This document shows positions 37,161 to 47,596 of a stretch of 64,000 nucleotides of DNA, piece after piece. Under the pieces are notes generated by a model. The model searched no databases. It saw only the letters and a list, made by a program, of their open reading frames with translations, and was not told where the DNA came from. Position 1 is the stretch's first letter; every line of letters starts with the position of its first letter. The position numbers were made by a program, and so were the translations under genes. Source of the DNA: Bacteroidota bacterium. GTDB lineage: Bacteria; Bacteroidota; Bacteroidia; Bacteroidales; NBLH01. Where the stretch lies: the NCBI GenBank assembly GCA_025361565.1, contig JANYKN010000050.1, forward strand, positions 17,914-81,913, given 5' to 3'.

Positions 37161-39284
37161 TTATTCCTTACTTTCTGGCTTTGGCAACAATGCTTTTCTG
37201 GAGAGTTTCAGTTTCCCTGATTTTTTATCAACTTCAATCAGTTTAACTTCAATCATTTGTCCCTCTTTTAGAACTTCTTCAACGGTGTTGAGCCTTTTCC
37301 AATCAATCTCAGAAATATGTAGCAAACCATCTTTTCCTGGTAAAATTTCAACAAACGCTCCGAATGCAACGATTGATTTCACTTTACCTGTATAAATGTT
37401 TCCAACCTCAGGGATTTCAACAATTCCGCGGATTTTCATCTTGGCCATTTCAATATTCTCTTTGTTGGCTGCCGAAATCAGAACAATTCCCTGATCATCT
37501 TTTTCTTCAATGGCAATAATGGTTTGTGTAACCAATTGAATTTCCTGGATAATTTTACCACCCGGGCCAATAATAGCGCCAATCATGTCTTTTGGAATAA
37601 ATATTTTCTCAATCCTTGGAACATGTGGTTTGTAATCTTCGCGAGGCTCGCTAATGGTTTCAAGCATTTTGGATAAAATATGCGCCCTTCCAACTTTAGC
37701 TTGGTTCAATGCTTTATCCAGAATTTCATAAGACATACCATCAACCTTGATATCCATTTGACAAGCAGTAATACCGTTTTCGGTACCAGTTACTTTAAAG
37801 TCCATATCGCCAAGGTGATCTTCGTCGCCCAAAATATCTGATAAAACAACGTATCTTTCTTGATTATCAAGAATTAAACCCATTGCAATACCTGAAACCG
37901 GGCGTTTCATTTTTACGCCGGCATCCATTAAAGCAAGTGTTCCTGCACAAACGGTAGCCATTGATGATGAACCATTCGATTCCAATATGGTTGAAACAAC
38001 ACGTATGGTATATGAACTGTCTTCACCAGAAGGCAACATTCTTTTTAAAGCACGGTGTGCTAAATTTCCATGTCCAATTTCTCTGCGGCTAATTCCTCTT
38101 TCAGCTCTAGCATCACCGGTTGAAAAAGGTGGAAAATTGTAGTGCAACAAAAATTTATCCCTTCCTTGTTCCATTACCTCGTCGATTATTTTTTCATCGA
38201 GTTTGGTACCAAGTGTCACTGTTGTAAGTGATTGGGTTTCACCCCTTGTAAATATCGAAGATCCATGGGTTGCGGGTAAATAATCAATTTCGCTCCAAAT
38301 TGGCCTTATTTCATCCGATTTTCTTCCGTCTACACGGATTCCTTCGTCAAGCAATAAGGTACGAACTGCTTCTTTTTCAATATCATGAAAATACATGTTG
38401 ATAAAAAAGGAAAGTTCAGATTGTTGTTCTTCAGATAAAGTGGCATTAAATTGCTCTTTAATATCTGCAAAAGCATCACTTCTATCGTGTTTTGGTTTTG
38501 CGCTTTTTGCAATATCATAAATCTTTTGATAGGCAAAAGCCCTCATTGTATCATATAATTCTTGCTTGAATTCTTCTTTTGGGTAATCCCTTTTTGCTCT
38601 TCCAATTTCAACGGCAAGATCAATTTGTGCCTGGCACTGGATTTTAATCGCTTCATGTGCAAATTTAATTGCTTCAAGCATTTCTGTTTCAGAAACCTCG
38701 CTCATTTCGCCTTCAACCATCATAATATCTTTGATAGTTGCACCAACCATAATTTCAATATCGGCTCTTTCGTTTTCTGAGGCAGTAGGGTTGATAATTA
38801 ATTTACCATCTACTCTTGAAACCCTAACTTCAGAAATAGGCCCTTCAAATGGAATATCTGAAATGGTTAAAGCTGCTGATGCTGCCAAACCGGCAAGTGC
38901 ATCAGGCATTATTTCTTTTTCTGCTGAAATTAGGTTAACAGTAACAAAAGTTTCTGCATGGTAATCTTTAGGGAAAAGTGGTCTTAAGGCCCTGTCAACT
39001 AAACGTGAAACTAATATCTGATTGTCTCCAGGTCTTCCTTCTCTTCTCAAAAATCCACCAGGGAATCTTCCAACTGCAGAAAAACCTTCTTTATATTCAA
39101 CTGATAATGGCATAAAGTCAAGATCTGCCTTGAACTCTTTTGCTGACATAACTGTAGCAAGCAACATTGTTTTGCCCATGGTAACAACTACGGAACCATC
39201 GGCTTGTTTTGCTAATTTTCCTGTCTCTATAGTGATAATACGTCCATCACCGAGATCAATATCTTTTTTAAATAATTTATACAT
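37161..39284 (-). CDS. pnp: Polyribonucleotide nucleotidyltransferase (PNPase)
   Basis: It has two RNase PH domains, a KH domain ([15 protein letters not shown]) and an S1 domain ([27 protein letters not shown]). It is 707 aa. Confidence 0.97.
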   Translation of the reverse strand: MYKLFKKDIDLGDGRIITIETGKLAKQADGSVVVTMGKTMLLATVMSAKEFKADLDFMPLSVEYKEGFSAVGRFPGGFLRREGRPGDNQILVSRLVDRALRPLFPKDYHAETFVTVNLISAEKEIMPDALAGLAASAALTISDIPFEGPISEVRVSRVDGKLIINPTASENERADIEIMVGATIKDIMMVEGEMSEVSETEMLEAIKFAHEAIKIQCQAQIDLAVEIGRAKRDYPKEEFKQELYDTMRAFAYQKIYDIAKSAKPKHDRSDAFADIKEQFNATLSEEQQSELSFFINMYFHDIEKEAVRTLLLDEGIRVDGRKSDEIRPIWSEIDYLPATHGSSIFTRGETQSLTTVTLGTKLDEKIIDEVMEQGRDKFLLHYNFPPFSTGDARAERGISRREIGHGNLAHRALKRMLPSGEDSSYTIRVVSTILESNGSSSMATVCAGTLALMDAGVKMKRPVSGIAMGLILDNQERYVVLSDILGDEDHLGDMDFKVTGTENGITACQMDIKVDGMSYEILDKALNQAKVGRAHILSKMLETISEPREDYKPHVPRIEKIFIPKDMIGAIIGPGGKIIQEIQLVTQTIIAIEEKDDQGIVLISAANKENIEMAKMKIRGIVEIPEVGNIYTGKVKSIVAFGAFVEILPGKDGLLHISEIDWKRLNTVEEVLKEGQMIEVKLIEVDKKSGKLKLSRKALLPKPESKE

Positions 39285-39372
39285 ATATTAATTTGATAAG
39301 AAATTCTATTTGTTTAAGGATTTTTTAATCCTTTAAAATAAGGAGAGATTCCTTTTGGGGAGGTAATTTGAT

Positions 39373-39398
39373 AAAAAAAAGGCAATAAGAATTGCCTT
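39373..39398 (-). terminator. rpsO terminator/attenuator hairpin upstream of pnp
   Basis: The stem is aaggcaat / attgcctt with a 4-nt loop, flanked by A8 and T8 runs. It starts 5 nt past the rpsO stop. Confidence 0.7.
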
Positions 39399-39402
39399 TT
39401 TT

Positions 39403-39672
39403 TTATCTTCTTAAATTTAAAGTTTTGATAATTTCCCTATATCTTAGAATATCAATCCTCTTTAAATAATCCAGTAGTCTTCTTCTTTTACCAACCAATT
39501 TTAATAATGACCTTTGTGTGCCAAAATCATGTTTGTTTGATTTCAAGTGCTCGGTTAAATGGTTGATACGATAAGAAAAAAGGGCTATTTGAGCTTCAGA
39601 TGAACCAGTATCCTGCTCTGTTTTTCCATAAGTTTTAAAAAACTCTTTCTTCTTTTCTAGTGTTAAATACAT
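39403..39672 (-). CDS. rpsO: 30S ribosomal protein S15
   Basis: I prefer the internal start at 39672. It gives the 89-aa protein [71 protein letters not shown]. The classic rpsO-pnp synteny is present. Confidence 0.95.
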   Translation of the reverse strand: MYLTLEKKKEFFKTYGKTEQDTGSSEAQIALFSYRINHLTEHLKSNKHDFGTQRSLLKLVGKRRRLLDYLKRIDILRYREIIKTLNLRR

Positions 39673-39714
39673 ATCAATACTTTTTATTGTTTTATCGTGA
39701 TTTATAATAGCTCG

Positions 39715-39722
39715 CAAAAGTA
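39715..39722 (-). promoter_or_regulatory. Candidate -7 element (TActTTTG on the minus strand) for rpsO
   Basis: The plus strand reads CAAAagTA, 42 nt upstream of the ATG at 39672. It lies inside the longer ORF-track model. Confidence 0.4.
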
Positions 39723-40006
39723 GATAAAACTTTTTAAATAGCAATTTTTAATTGTAAATTTATTTGTAAATGAGATAAAATCCTTTAGATATCAACAGGC
39801 AATTGTTGATAACCGAAAATATTTAATCTTAATCTCCGATTTATTTAGCTTATATACTGATATATATAGGGCTTGATTGAAACTAAAGAATAATTTTGAT
39901 AAATGAATTATCATAATTATTAATTATTTTTTTGTTAATCATTGTGACTAAATGTTAGGTGCGTTCATAAATAAGGAATATAAATTTTTTTAAACCAGTA
40001 AAAGAT

Positions 40007-40564
40007 TTAATAACTTTCTTTATATGCTTTAATCCATTCGGGCTTTTCCATTAGGTAAAGCAACTTAAAAGCATTTTCGCCATAGATGTAATCGTTTAAT
40101 TTAAAAAGGCCAAATTTTTCCAGCATTTTCATTTGTGAATCCGTAGGTAAAAATGGGATTGAATCATTTGATGACCAGCCTAGTATATCAGGATCTTTAG
40201 TAAAATAGGGATATTCTTTATAACGGAGTCTCCATAAGTCGCCAAGGATATTTGGATTATCAATTTGATATTGTTTAAAGAAATTAATTGCTTTGGGATT
40301 GGCTAATGATTGTTGTTTTCCCAAAGCCTGAGCAATAAAACTTTCTTGTGTGATTTGCTTTATAATTCGTTTACCATTATCTCCGGGTTTTACCAGGGCA
40401 AAATTCACCATTCCACCCATAGCGTTTGGAGTAAGGTTAAAACCAAAAAAATATTCAATATCACCGGGATCATCACCAAAAGTATAAACCGTATCTTTCT
40501 GAGCAATAACTGAATACGAATACAGAAAAATAAAAATTAAGATAATTCTTTGGATTGTTTTCAT
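40007..40564 (-). CDS. Secreted hypothetical protein
   Basis: Signal peptide MKTIQRIILIFIFLYSYSVIAQ. No domain was recognised. Confidence 0.6.
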   Translation of the reverse strand: MKTIQRIILIFIFLYSYSVIAQKDTVYTFGDDPGDIEYFFGFNLTPNAMGGMVNFALVKPGDNGKRIIKQITQESFIAQALGKQQSLANPKAINFFKQYQIDNPNILGDLWRLRYKEYPYFTKDPDILGWSSNDSIPFLPTDSQMKMLEKFGLFKLNDYIYGENAFKLLYLMEKPEWIKAYKESY

Positions 40565-40682
40565 TTTTAATTTGCTTAAACTTTAAATACAATATAAAAC
40601 GAATTATAACGATGAAAATTGCTAAAACAAAAAAAAGGGAATAAATCATTATTTTTAATGTTTAATACTCGTAAATTGCAAA

Positions 40683-40690
40683 TAATTTTG
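40683..40690 (+). promoter_or_regulatory. Candidate -7 element TAatTTTG for the malic enzyme gene
   Basis: It lies 26 nt upstream of the ATG at 40717. Confidence 0.4.
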
Positions 40691-40716
40691 TTTAACGAAA
40701 CCAAAATATTTCACCT

Positions 40717-42999
40717 ATGGCTAAAATTAAAAAAGAAGATGCTTTAAGGTATCACTCCGAAGGAAGACCTGGTAAAATTCAGGTTGTTCCAACTAAACCC
40801 TATAGCACACAAAGAGATTTGGCACTGGCATATTCTCCCGGTGTTGCAGAACCTTGTCTCGAAATCGAGAAAAATCCTAAAGATGCTTATAAATATACGG
40901 CAAAAGGGAATCTGGTTGCAGTTATATCAAATGGCACTGCAGTATTGGGCCTTGGTAATTTGGGTGCATTAGCAGGAAAACCTGTAATGGAAGGCAAAGG
41001 CCTATTGTTTAAAATCTTTGCAGATATTGATGTTTTTGATATTGAGGTTAATACAACAGATATTGATAAGTTTGTTGAAACAGTTAAAGAAATTTCGCCA
41101 ACCTTCGGTGGAATTAACCTTGAGGATATTAAAGCTCCTGAATGCTTTGAAATCGAAAGACGTTTGAAAGAAGAACTTGATATTCCTGTTATGCACGACG
41201 ATCAGCATGGAACTGCGATTATTTCAGCTGCCGGAATGGTAAACGCCCTTGAACTTGTAAATAAAAATATTCACGACGTTAAAGTTGTAGTTAGTGGGGC
41301 AGGCGCATCTGCTATGGCATGTACAAGATTGCTGATATCTTTAGGTGTTAACCGCGAAAATGTTGTAATGGTAGATACTAAAGGTGTTCTTGTTGCATCA
41401 CGGACTGATATGAATAAATACAAATTGGATTTTTTAACCAAAAGAGATATTCATACACTTGAAGAAGCGATGGTTGGCGCTGATATTTTTTTAGGGTTAT
41501 CTGCTAAAGACACAGTTACTAAGGATATGGTAAAAAGCATGGCTGCAAATCCAATTGTATTTGCTATGGCTAATCCAGATCCAGAAATTAGCTACGAAGA
41601 TGCCATGGAATCAAGGAATGATTTGATAATGGCAACCGGTCGCTCTGACTATCCAAACCAGGTCAATAATGTTCTGGGATTTCCATATATTTTCAGGGGC
41701 GCATTGGACGTAAGAGCAACTACAATAAATGAAGAAATGAAAAAAGCAGCGGTATTTGCTATTGCATCGCTCGCTAAAATGAATGTTCCAGAGGATGTTA
41801 ACCGTGCCTATAACCAGAAAAATTTAAAATTTGGAAGAGAATATATTATTCCAAAACCACTTGATCCAAGATTAATTACCGTTGTAGCTCCTGCAGTTGC
41901 AAAGGCAGCAATGGATTCGGGTGTTGCAACTGAGCCAATTAAAGATTGGGATGCATATCGTGAACAATTGGCAAATAGACTTGGTAAAGGTAATGAATTG
42001 ATGAGGGAACTTACCGAAAAAGCGCGCAAAAACCCAAAATCAGTAATATTTGCAGAAGCAACTAATTTCAATGTACTGAAGGCTGCTCAAGTAGTTAATA
42101 ATGAAGGTATTGCAAAACCTATTTTATTGGGAAACGTTGAAGTAATAAAAAGCCTGATAGCTGACAATCAGCTTGATTTAGACGAGGTGATAATCATAGA
42201 TCCACGTTCTGATAAAGAGCAAGCCAGAAGAACAAAGTTTGCTTTAACACTCTGGGAAAAAAGGAAAAGAAAAGGTTTAACATACGAAGAAACCAAAGAA
42301 TTGATGTTTAATCGTGATTATTTTGGAATTATGATGGTTGAATGTGGCGACGCAGAAGCTTTTGTTTCGGGTACAACGGTTAAATATTCTCAAATTTTAA
42401 AACCTGCTCTTGAAATAATTGGCACCAACCCTAATTTTAAACGGGTTGCAGGAATGCATATTATTATGTCTAAACAGGGACCTGTATTTTTTTCGGATAC
42501 AACGGTGAATCGAATGCCTGATTCACAAACATTGGTTGAGACAACAATTTTAACTGCCTCTTATGCAAGAAAGTATGGAGTAGAGCCGGTTATAGCAATG
42601 GTTTCATATTCGAACTTTGGTTCGGTAAAAGGAGGAAGTCCTGAAACAGTTAGAAAAGCGGTTGAAATATTACATGCTGAACATCCAGAAATACTTGTTG
42701 ATGGTGAAATGCAGGCTAATTTTGCATTTAATACAGAAAATAGGGAGAAGCATTTCCCATTTACAAAAATTTCAAACAAAAAAGTAAATACTGCTATTTT
42801 TCCAAATTTGAGCAGTGGAAATGCTGCATATAAAATTATGCAAGAAATTAGTGATGGTGACGTTATTGGCCCAATTTTAATGGGAATGAACAAGCCGATT
42901 CAGGTATTGCAAATTGAAAGTTCTGTTCGTGAAATTGTTCACATGGCTACTATTGCTGTAATTGACGCAATTGGGTTAGAAAAAGAACTTGCCAAATAA
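40717..42999 (+). CDS. maeB: NADP-dependent malic enzyme with a C-terminal phosphotransacetylase-like domain
   Basis: It is 760 aa. The N-terminal malic enzyme part reads LALAYSPGVAEPC, NGTAVLGLGNLG, FGGINLEDI and VVSGAGASA. The remaining C-terminal part, roughly 330 aa, is PTA-like. Confidence 0.93.
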   Translation: MAKIKKEDALRYHSEGRPGKIQVVPTKPYSTQRDLALAYSPGVAEPCLEIEKNPKDAYKYTAKGNLVAVISNGTAVLGLGNLGALAGKPVMEGKGLLFKIFADIDVFDIEVNTTDIDKFVETVKEISPTFGGINLEDIKAPECFEIERRLKEELDIPVMHDDQHGTAIISAAGMVNALELVNKNIHDVKVVVSGAGASAMACTRLLISLGVNRENVVMVDTKGVLVASRTDMNKYKLDFLTKRDIHTLEEAMVGADIFLGLSAKDTVTKDMVKSMAANPIVFAMANPDPEISYEDAMESRNDLIMATGRSDYPNQVNNVLGFPYIFRGALDVRATTINEEMKKAAVFAIASLAKMNVPEDVNRAYNQKNLKFGREYIIPKPLDPRLITVVAPAVAKAAMDSGVATEPIKDWDAYREQLANRLGKGNELMRELTEKARKNPKSVIFAEATNFNVLKAAQVVNNEGIAKPILLGNVEVIKSLIADNQLDLDEVIIIDPRSDKEQARRTKFALTLWEKRKRKGLTYEETKELMFNRDYFGIMMVECGDAEAFVSGTTVKYSQILKPALEIIGTNPNFKRVAGMHIIMSKQGPVFFSDTTVNRMPDSQTLVETTILTASYARKYGVEPVIAMVSYSNFGSVKGGSPETVRKAVEILHAEHPEILVDGEMQANFAFNTENREKHFPFTKISNKKVNTAIFPNLSSGNAAYKIMQEISDGDVIGPILMGMNKPIQVLQIESSVREIVHMATIAVIDAIGLEKELAK

Positions 43000-43030
43000 T
43001 TTGTAACGAATTGAAAATAAGATCCTAAGA

Positions 43031-43681
43031 CTATTCTTTAGGACCATATGCTAAGTCCCCGGCATCACCAAGGCCGGGGACAATATATGCCTTAGCAGTT
43101 AATTCATCATCAACGGCTCCAACCCATAAAGTATAATCTTTATCAGGGATATTTTTTTTAACAAATTCAATTCCTTCCTTGCTTGCAATGATACTTACAA
43201 TATGAGTATGCAATGGTTTTCCTTTTTCCAAAAGACTTTTATAGCCTAAAACCATTGATGAACCTGATGCCAACATGGGGTCGGAAATAATTACTGTTTT
43301 ATTTTCGATAGAAGGAGACGATAAATAGCCAAATTGAATATCAAAACTGCCATCTTTATGATACTTTCGAAATGCAGAAATAAATGCATTTTGTGCCCCA
43401 TCAAAATAGTTTAAAAGTCCATTGTGTAATGGTAAGCCAGCCCTCAGTATTGATGTTAAAACAAGATTATTGAATGGTAGTAGCATTTCACATTCTCCAA
43501 GAGGAGTTTTCACCATTTTTTTTTCGTAAATGAGGGTTTTACTTATTTCATAAGCAAATATTTCGCCGATTCGTTCCAGATTTTTTCTGAATCTCAGGCT
43601 ATCTGTTTGTATATTGATATCACGAAGTTCCGAGATAAACCTATTTAATATTGAATTGCTTATTGCAGTTAAATTGATCAT
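43031..43681 (-). CDS. upp: Uracil phosphoribosyltransferase
   Basis: The PRPP-binding motif is VIISDPMLASGSS. The C-terminal motif is YIVPGLGDAGD. Confidence 0.93.
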   Translation of the reverse strand: MINLTAISNSILNRFISELRDINIQTDSLRFRKNLERIGEIFAYEISKTLIYEKKMVKTPLGECEMLLPFNNLVLTSILRAGLPLHNGLLNYFDGAQNAFISAFRKYHKDGSFDIQFGYLSSPSIENKTVIISDPMLASGSSMVLGYKSLLEKGKPLHTHIVSIIASKEGIEFVKKNIPDKDYTLWVGAVDDELTAKAYIVPGLGDAGDLAYGPKE

Positions 43682-43765
43682 TTTTATAGAATTATTCAGG
43701 TTAGACTAATGAAAGATAATTATTGTTTTTAATGATAAAGACAAGATATTATCCTCAGATTGCTG

Positions 43766-43773
43766 CAAAAATA
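43766..43773 (-). promoter_or_regulatory. Candidate -7 element (TAttTTTG on the minus strand) for upp
   Basis: The plus strand reads CAAAaaTA, 84 nt upstream of the ATG at 43681. Confidence 0.3.
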
Positions 43774-43793
43774 ATAGAATATCTTCTTTCTTG

Positions 43794-44708
43794 CTAATTT
43801 TTCAAAAGTTTGATAGGAAAGGGTAACTTATTTGCCCTTATACTTGAATAATTGAAAGGATTAGCTCCAAAACCTCTGTAAAATCTAGCAATGCTATCAA
43901 TATTTGAACCCTCGAAATCAAGAATAATGTTTCGGTTTGAAAAATCTTTTATAAATTCATCAACCAGCAAAAACATAGCGCCCTGCTCTTTACCTTCCAT
44001 ATTAGAAACAGATAGGATAAAGCATGCTTTATTATTGGCATAAACAAAAAAACCAACGGCACAAAGTGTATTTTTCTCATTGTAAGCACCGTATAAATGG
44101 CCAGATTGATAATGAAGCGCAGAATCAATTAATTGCTGCAGTATAGTGGTGTGCATGTCTTTCATGCCTGGAATTTTGTTTGAACTTTTTATAAGGTCAA
44201 AAACTACATTTGGTGATAAACCCTTTGTAATTGAAATTTTATTATGAATAGCTTTGCGAATATTCCGGATATTATTTTTTTTATATTTCCTGAAAATGTT
44301 TTCGTAGCTATCAATTAAATCAAGCTCATAGGTGGTGTTTTTTTTCACGGAATATCCATTTAGTTCTTCTACACGGTTGTATTTGTTTAAGTTGATTTCT
44401 ATGAACCTGAATTTTTTAGGAATTGCTTCTAAGAATGAGTGGATAAGAACATTATCGATTTTATTTGATGAAAATATTCCAAGCTGCTGTGTGAAAAATG
44501 GTTGATAAAGGTAGCTTACACTATATTTATTATTTTGGGTGAGTGGCATAACTGTTTCATAATCACCATAAATCAGTGCATCCCAATTGGGTGATACAAT
44601 ATCAAGATACCAGGAATAGGCGTAAACGATGCCATTGATGGACTTGGAGATACAATTGTCCCATCTATCAATATCGATTTCTGCCTGCTTTATATATTTA
44701 ATTTCCAT
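43794..44708 (-). CDS. FemAB-like / GNAT-fold acyltransferase-like protein; function uncertain
   Basis: I prefer the start at 44708 (MEIKYIKQAEIDIDRWDNC...). This start overlaps the upstream gene's end by 11 nt. The C-terminal half resembles the FemAB/BioF2-like acetyltransferase fold, recalled from memory. Confidence 0.55.
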   Translation of the reverse strand: MEIKYIKQAEIDIDRWDNCISKSINGIVYAYSWYLDIVSPNWDALIYGDYETVMPLTQNNKYSVSYLYQPFFTQQLGIFSSNKIDNVLIHSFLEAIPKKFRFIEINLNKYNRVEELNGYSVKKNTTYELDLIDSYENIFRKYKKNNIRNIRKAIHNKISITKGLSPNVVFDLIKSSNKIPGMKDMHTTILQQLIDSALHYQSGHLYGAYNEKNTLCAVGFFVYANNKACFILSVSNMEGKEQGAMFLLVDEFIKDFSNRNIILDFEGSNIDSIARFYRGFGANPFNYSSIRANKLPFPIKLLKN

Positions 44709-46035
44709 GATTTGCCTCTTCCAACATTTGTTCAAATATTTTACGCCAACTTATTTCACCTTTTCTTAAGCTTAATGATTCATTATGCCATAAACTTACA
44801 AATAATCCATTTACTTTTTTGACGGAAGTTATTATTTTTTTAATATTTTTCAAAGCAATTTCGGGCTTTATTTTTAAATAATGTATATAACAAGCATCCA
44901 TAACTGCGAAAGGGACAACTTGCAGCCCGGTTTCACAATTTTTAATCAAGTTAAAAAACTTGAAAGGGGAACATACACTTGCTCTAAAACCAGGCATGGA
45001 TGCAAATCCCATTGAGAAATCTTTATTAATATTTATTTCGTTCAGATTTTCGTATGTTGTAGGTAATTGAAGTTTTAAAAAATGTTGTCTGCTATTTGTT
45101 ATTGACTTATCAATTATTTTTTCAAGCATTTTTTTTTCACTATTCAATATTTGTAAGGATTTATTTGATCGATAAGATGGATGCAAACCTATTTCATAAC
45201 TCACAGATATTCTTTTTATTAACTTTATAAAAGCAGGATTATTTTGTAAAAGATTTTTATCATAATTTCCATATTTCGAAAAGAGAATAAAATAGATTGG
45301 ATCGATCTGATATTTTTTATGAATTTCGTCTAAATAGTCATAATTATCGTAAGGATCTTTTTTGATATTCCTTAATATTTGTATTTTCTCAAAAAGAGGT
45401 TTTATCTTCAATGTTAGTAAAAGTTTTGATAGAGAGAGAGATGTTCTCAGCAATCCTTTATTCAAATCGGCATAAGCATTATCAATATCAATAGTTGAAA
45501 GGTATTTGAATTGACGGTTTTTAAAACACAATTCAGGAAATTCTTTCAATAAATTGATTTTAAATAGATTAATCCAAATATTGATTAGAGGTTCTTCAAG
45601 AAAACCTTCTTTAAATGCAAGGCTTAGGTTTGCAGGAAACCGTCCATGACTGTCGGTCTGATAAGGTAAATACTCTTCGTATCTACTAATTAAATAAAAA
45701 CTTGCCGCAAAAATATCAAAAGGGAAAAATGATGGTTTTCCTGACTTGAAAAATGCTTTTTGATTTTCAAAAATAAAAACATCTATGTTTGTTTCTCGAA
45801 TTTCTTCACTTTGTAAAATACCATGAGACTGAATATATGGTAATTGCGGATAGTAATTATCCGAAGAATAGGAAAACTTGTAATTCGTTGATTTATTAAA
45901 GAAGCGCTTGTCATTGCACAATTCATAATCCAATCCAAGTTCCTGATTTAGAATGAAATCAAAAATATATTTCAATCTATTGGTAATCAGTGGCGTGTAA
46001 ATTATCAGTGATTTATTTATTTTTTCACCTATCAT
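44698..46035 (-). CDS. Hypothetical protein; a polysaccharide-deacetylase-like fold is suspected
   Basis: It is 445 aa. Segments such as STIDIDNAY, GLHPSYRS and SRQHFLKL are reminiscent of NodB/deacetylase-like proteins. The function call is weak. Confidence 0.5.
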   Translation of the reverse strand: MIGEKINKSLIIYTPLITNRLKYIFDFILNQELGLDYELCNDKRFFNKSTNYKFSYSSDNYYPQLPYIQSHGILQSEEIRETNIDVFIFENQKAFFKSGKPSFFPFDIFAASFYLISRYEEYLPYQTDSHGRFPANLSLAFKEGFLEEPLINIWINLFKINLLKEFPELCFKNRQFKYLSTIDIDNAYADLNKGLLRTSLSLSKLLLTLKIKPLFEKIQILRNIKKDPYDNYDYLDEIHKKYQIDPIYFILFSKYGNYDKNLLQNNPAFIKLIKRISVSYEIGLHPSYRSNKSLQILNSEKKMLEKIIDKSITNSRQHFLKLQLPTTYENLNEININKDFSMGFASMPGFRASVCSPFKFFNLIKNCETGLQVVPFAVMDACYIHYLKIKPEIALKNIKKIITSVKKVNGLFVSLWHNESLSLRKGEISWRKIFEQMLEEANHGN

Positions 46036-46044
46036 TTATTTTGA

Positions 46045-46734
46045 TTAAATAAGGCTTTCATCTGCGAAACTAAAATAGCTATTGTTTGCTATTATTACGT
46101 GATCTAAAACGTTTATTTCTAGAAATTTACCTGCTTCAACAAGCTTTTTTGTTATCTCAATATCATTTGTGCTTGGTTGCTTGTTTCCTGAAGGATGATT
46201 ATGGCAAACAATGATGCCTGATGCAAGTTTATCAATGGCCATTTTAAGAATTATGCGATTATCTATAACTGTACCTGAAACGCCGCCCTGACTGATTTTT
46301 TGTTTATCGATTATTTTATTGGAACGGTTTAAAAATGCAATCCAAAACTCTTCGTAAGGTAAATCGCCAATCAATGACACAAATAGTTCGAAAATATCTT
46401 TGCTTGAACCTATTTGCTTCTTTTCAAGTATTTCTGATATTTTTCTTCGTTTTCCAAGTTCCATTGCCGATACAATTGAGATGGCTTTGGCTTCACCAAT
46501 TCCTTTGTATTGTTGCAAATCGTTAATTGTTAATCGGCCAAGTTCATTTAAGTTGTTCGAAACGCCTGCCAAAATTCGTTTCGACAATTCAACTGCTGTT
46601 TCATTCCTGCTCCCCGAACCTATTAAAATTGCAATTAACTCAGCATCCGATAAACTCTGAATTCCTTTGGCCAAAAGCTTTTCTCTTGGTCTATCTTCTA
46701 ATGCCCAATCGGTTATTCTCAGGTTTTTTTCCAT
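46045..46734 (-). CDS. radC: RadC-like JAB/MPN-domain protein (UPF0758)
   Basis: The N-terminus is RPREKLLAKGIQSLSDAELIAILIGSGS. An HhH motif and the JAMM motif IVCHNHPSGNKQPSTNDIEIT are present. Confidence 0.9.
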   Translation of the reverse strand: MEKNLRITDWALEDRPREKLLAKGIQSLSDAELIAILIGSGSRNETAVELSKRILAGVSNNLNELGRLTINDLQQYKGIGEAKAISIVSAMELGKRRKISEILEKKQIGSSKDIFELFVSLIGDLPYEEFWIAFLNRSNKIIDKQKISQGGVSGTVIDNRIILKMAIDKLASGIIVCHNHPSGNKQPSTNDIEITKKLVEAGKFLEINVLDHVIIANNSYFSFADESLI

Positions 46735-46828
46735 CTATTTGTATTTTAAACGAATGTAGTTTTTTTTTTGGAATAAGCAAATTCATTGCTTTTTCCGTTA
46801 AAATTTGATATTTATTCAACTAATATCT

Positions 46829-46836
46829 TAATTTTG
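46829..46836 (+). promoter_or_regulatory. Candidate -7 element TAatTTTG
   Basis: It lies 23 nt upstream of the ATG at 46860. Confidence 0.4.
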
Positions 46837-46859
46837 AAATCCATTTTTTAAATTAACAT

Positions 46860-47492
46860 ATGCTTGAACAATCAGTAGAAAACGCATGGAATAATATTTG
46901 GAAACAAACAAATTCTCCATCTGGGTTGGTGAATACTTTCTGGGCTGAAATTGTAAAAGCATACAGTTCAAAAGAAAGATATTATCATAACTTGCAGCAT
47001 ATAAGCCAAATGCTCAATTCCAGTCTGAACTATAAAAATAAAATTGAAGATATCCAGGTTGTTCAGCTTGCCATATTCTATCATGATGTGATTTATTCTG
47101 CTAAAAGAAAGGACAATGAGGAGCGGAGCGCAAAATTGGCGTCGAAACATTTGAAAAAGCTAGGCTATCCGCAAAATAAGATCGAAAAGTGTTGCACATA
47201 TATCTTAGCAACTAAAAGCCATCAATTTTCTTTAACTGATTCAGATCTTGCCTATTTTCTTGATTTTGATCTTCAAAAATTAGGTGCAAATTGGTTAGAA
47301 TATGAAGAATATACCAAACAGATTAGGCTTGAATATCGTATTTATCCTGATTTGGTTTATAAACCGGGTAGGAAAAAAGTACTTGAACACTTTTTGAAAC
47401 TTGGGAAAATCTACAAATCACCCGAATTCTTCAGTTTATATGAAAAGCAAGCTAGAACTAATTTATTGAAAGAACTGGAATTTATTAGGTAA
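46860..47492 (+). CDS. Predicted HD-superfamily metal-dependent phosphohydrolase
   Basis: Motifs are ERYYHNLQHISQM and AIFYHDVIY (H...HD pattern). It is 210 aa. Confidence 0.7.
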   Translation: MLEQSVENAWNNIWKQTNSPSGLVNTFWAEIVKAYSSKERYYHNLQHISQMLNSSLNYKNKIEDIQVVQLAIFYHDVIYSAKRKDNEERSAKLASKHLKKLGYPQNKIEKCCTYILATKSHQFSLTDSDLAYFLDFDLQKLGANWLEYEEYTKQIRLEYRIYPDLVYKPGRKKVLEHFLKLGKIYKSPEFFSLYEKQARTNLLKELEFIR

Positions 47493-47572
47493 TCATTTGA
47501 ATAACAATGCAATAAATATATTTTCTTACGAAATATCATTATTATAATTCATTTTCTATTTCGAAATTTCGA

Positions 47573-47580
47573 TATCTTTG
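47573..47580 (+). promoter_or_regulatory. Candidate -7 element TAtcTTTG for lplA
   Basis: It lies 16 nt upstream of the GTG at 47597. Confidence 0.35.
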
Positions 47581-47596
47581 GCAAAAAGAAAATTAA

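Noticed and set aside
31529-44735. Longer ORF-track gene models with N-terminal extensions (31529-33436, 34150-36315, 39403-39744, 43794-44735)
   Set aside because: The internal ATGs give canonical N-termini, meaning lipoprotein signals or the standard S15 start. Three of them have a TAnnTTTG motif located inside the extension. The extensions themselves look non-protein-like.
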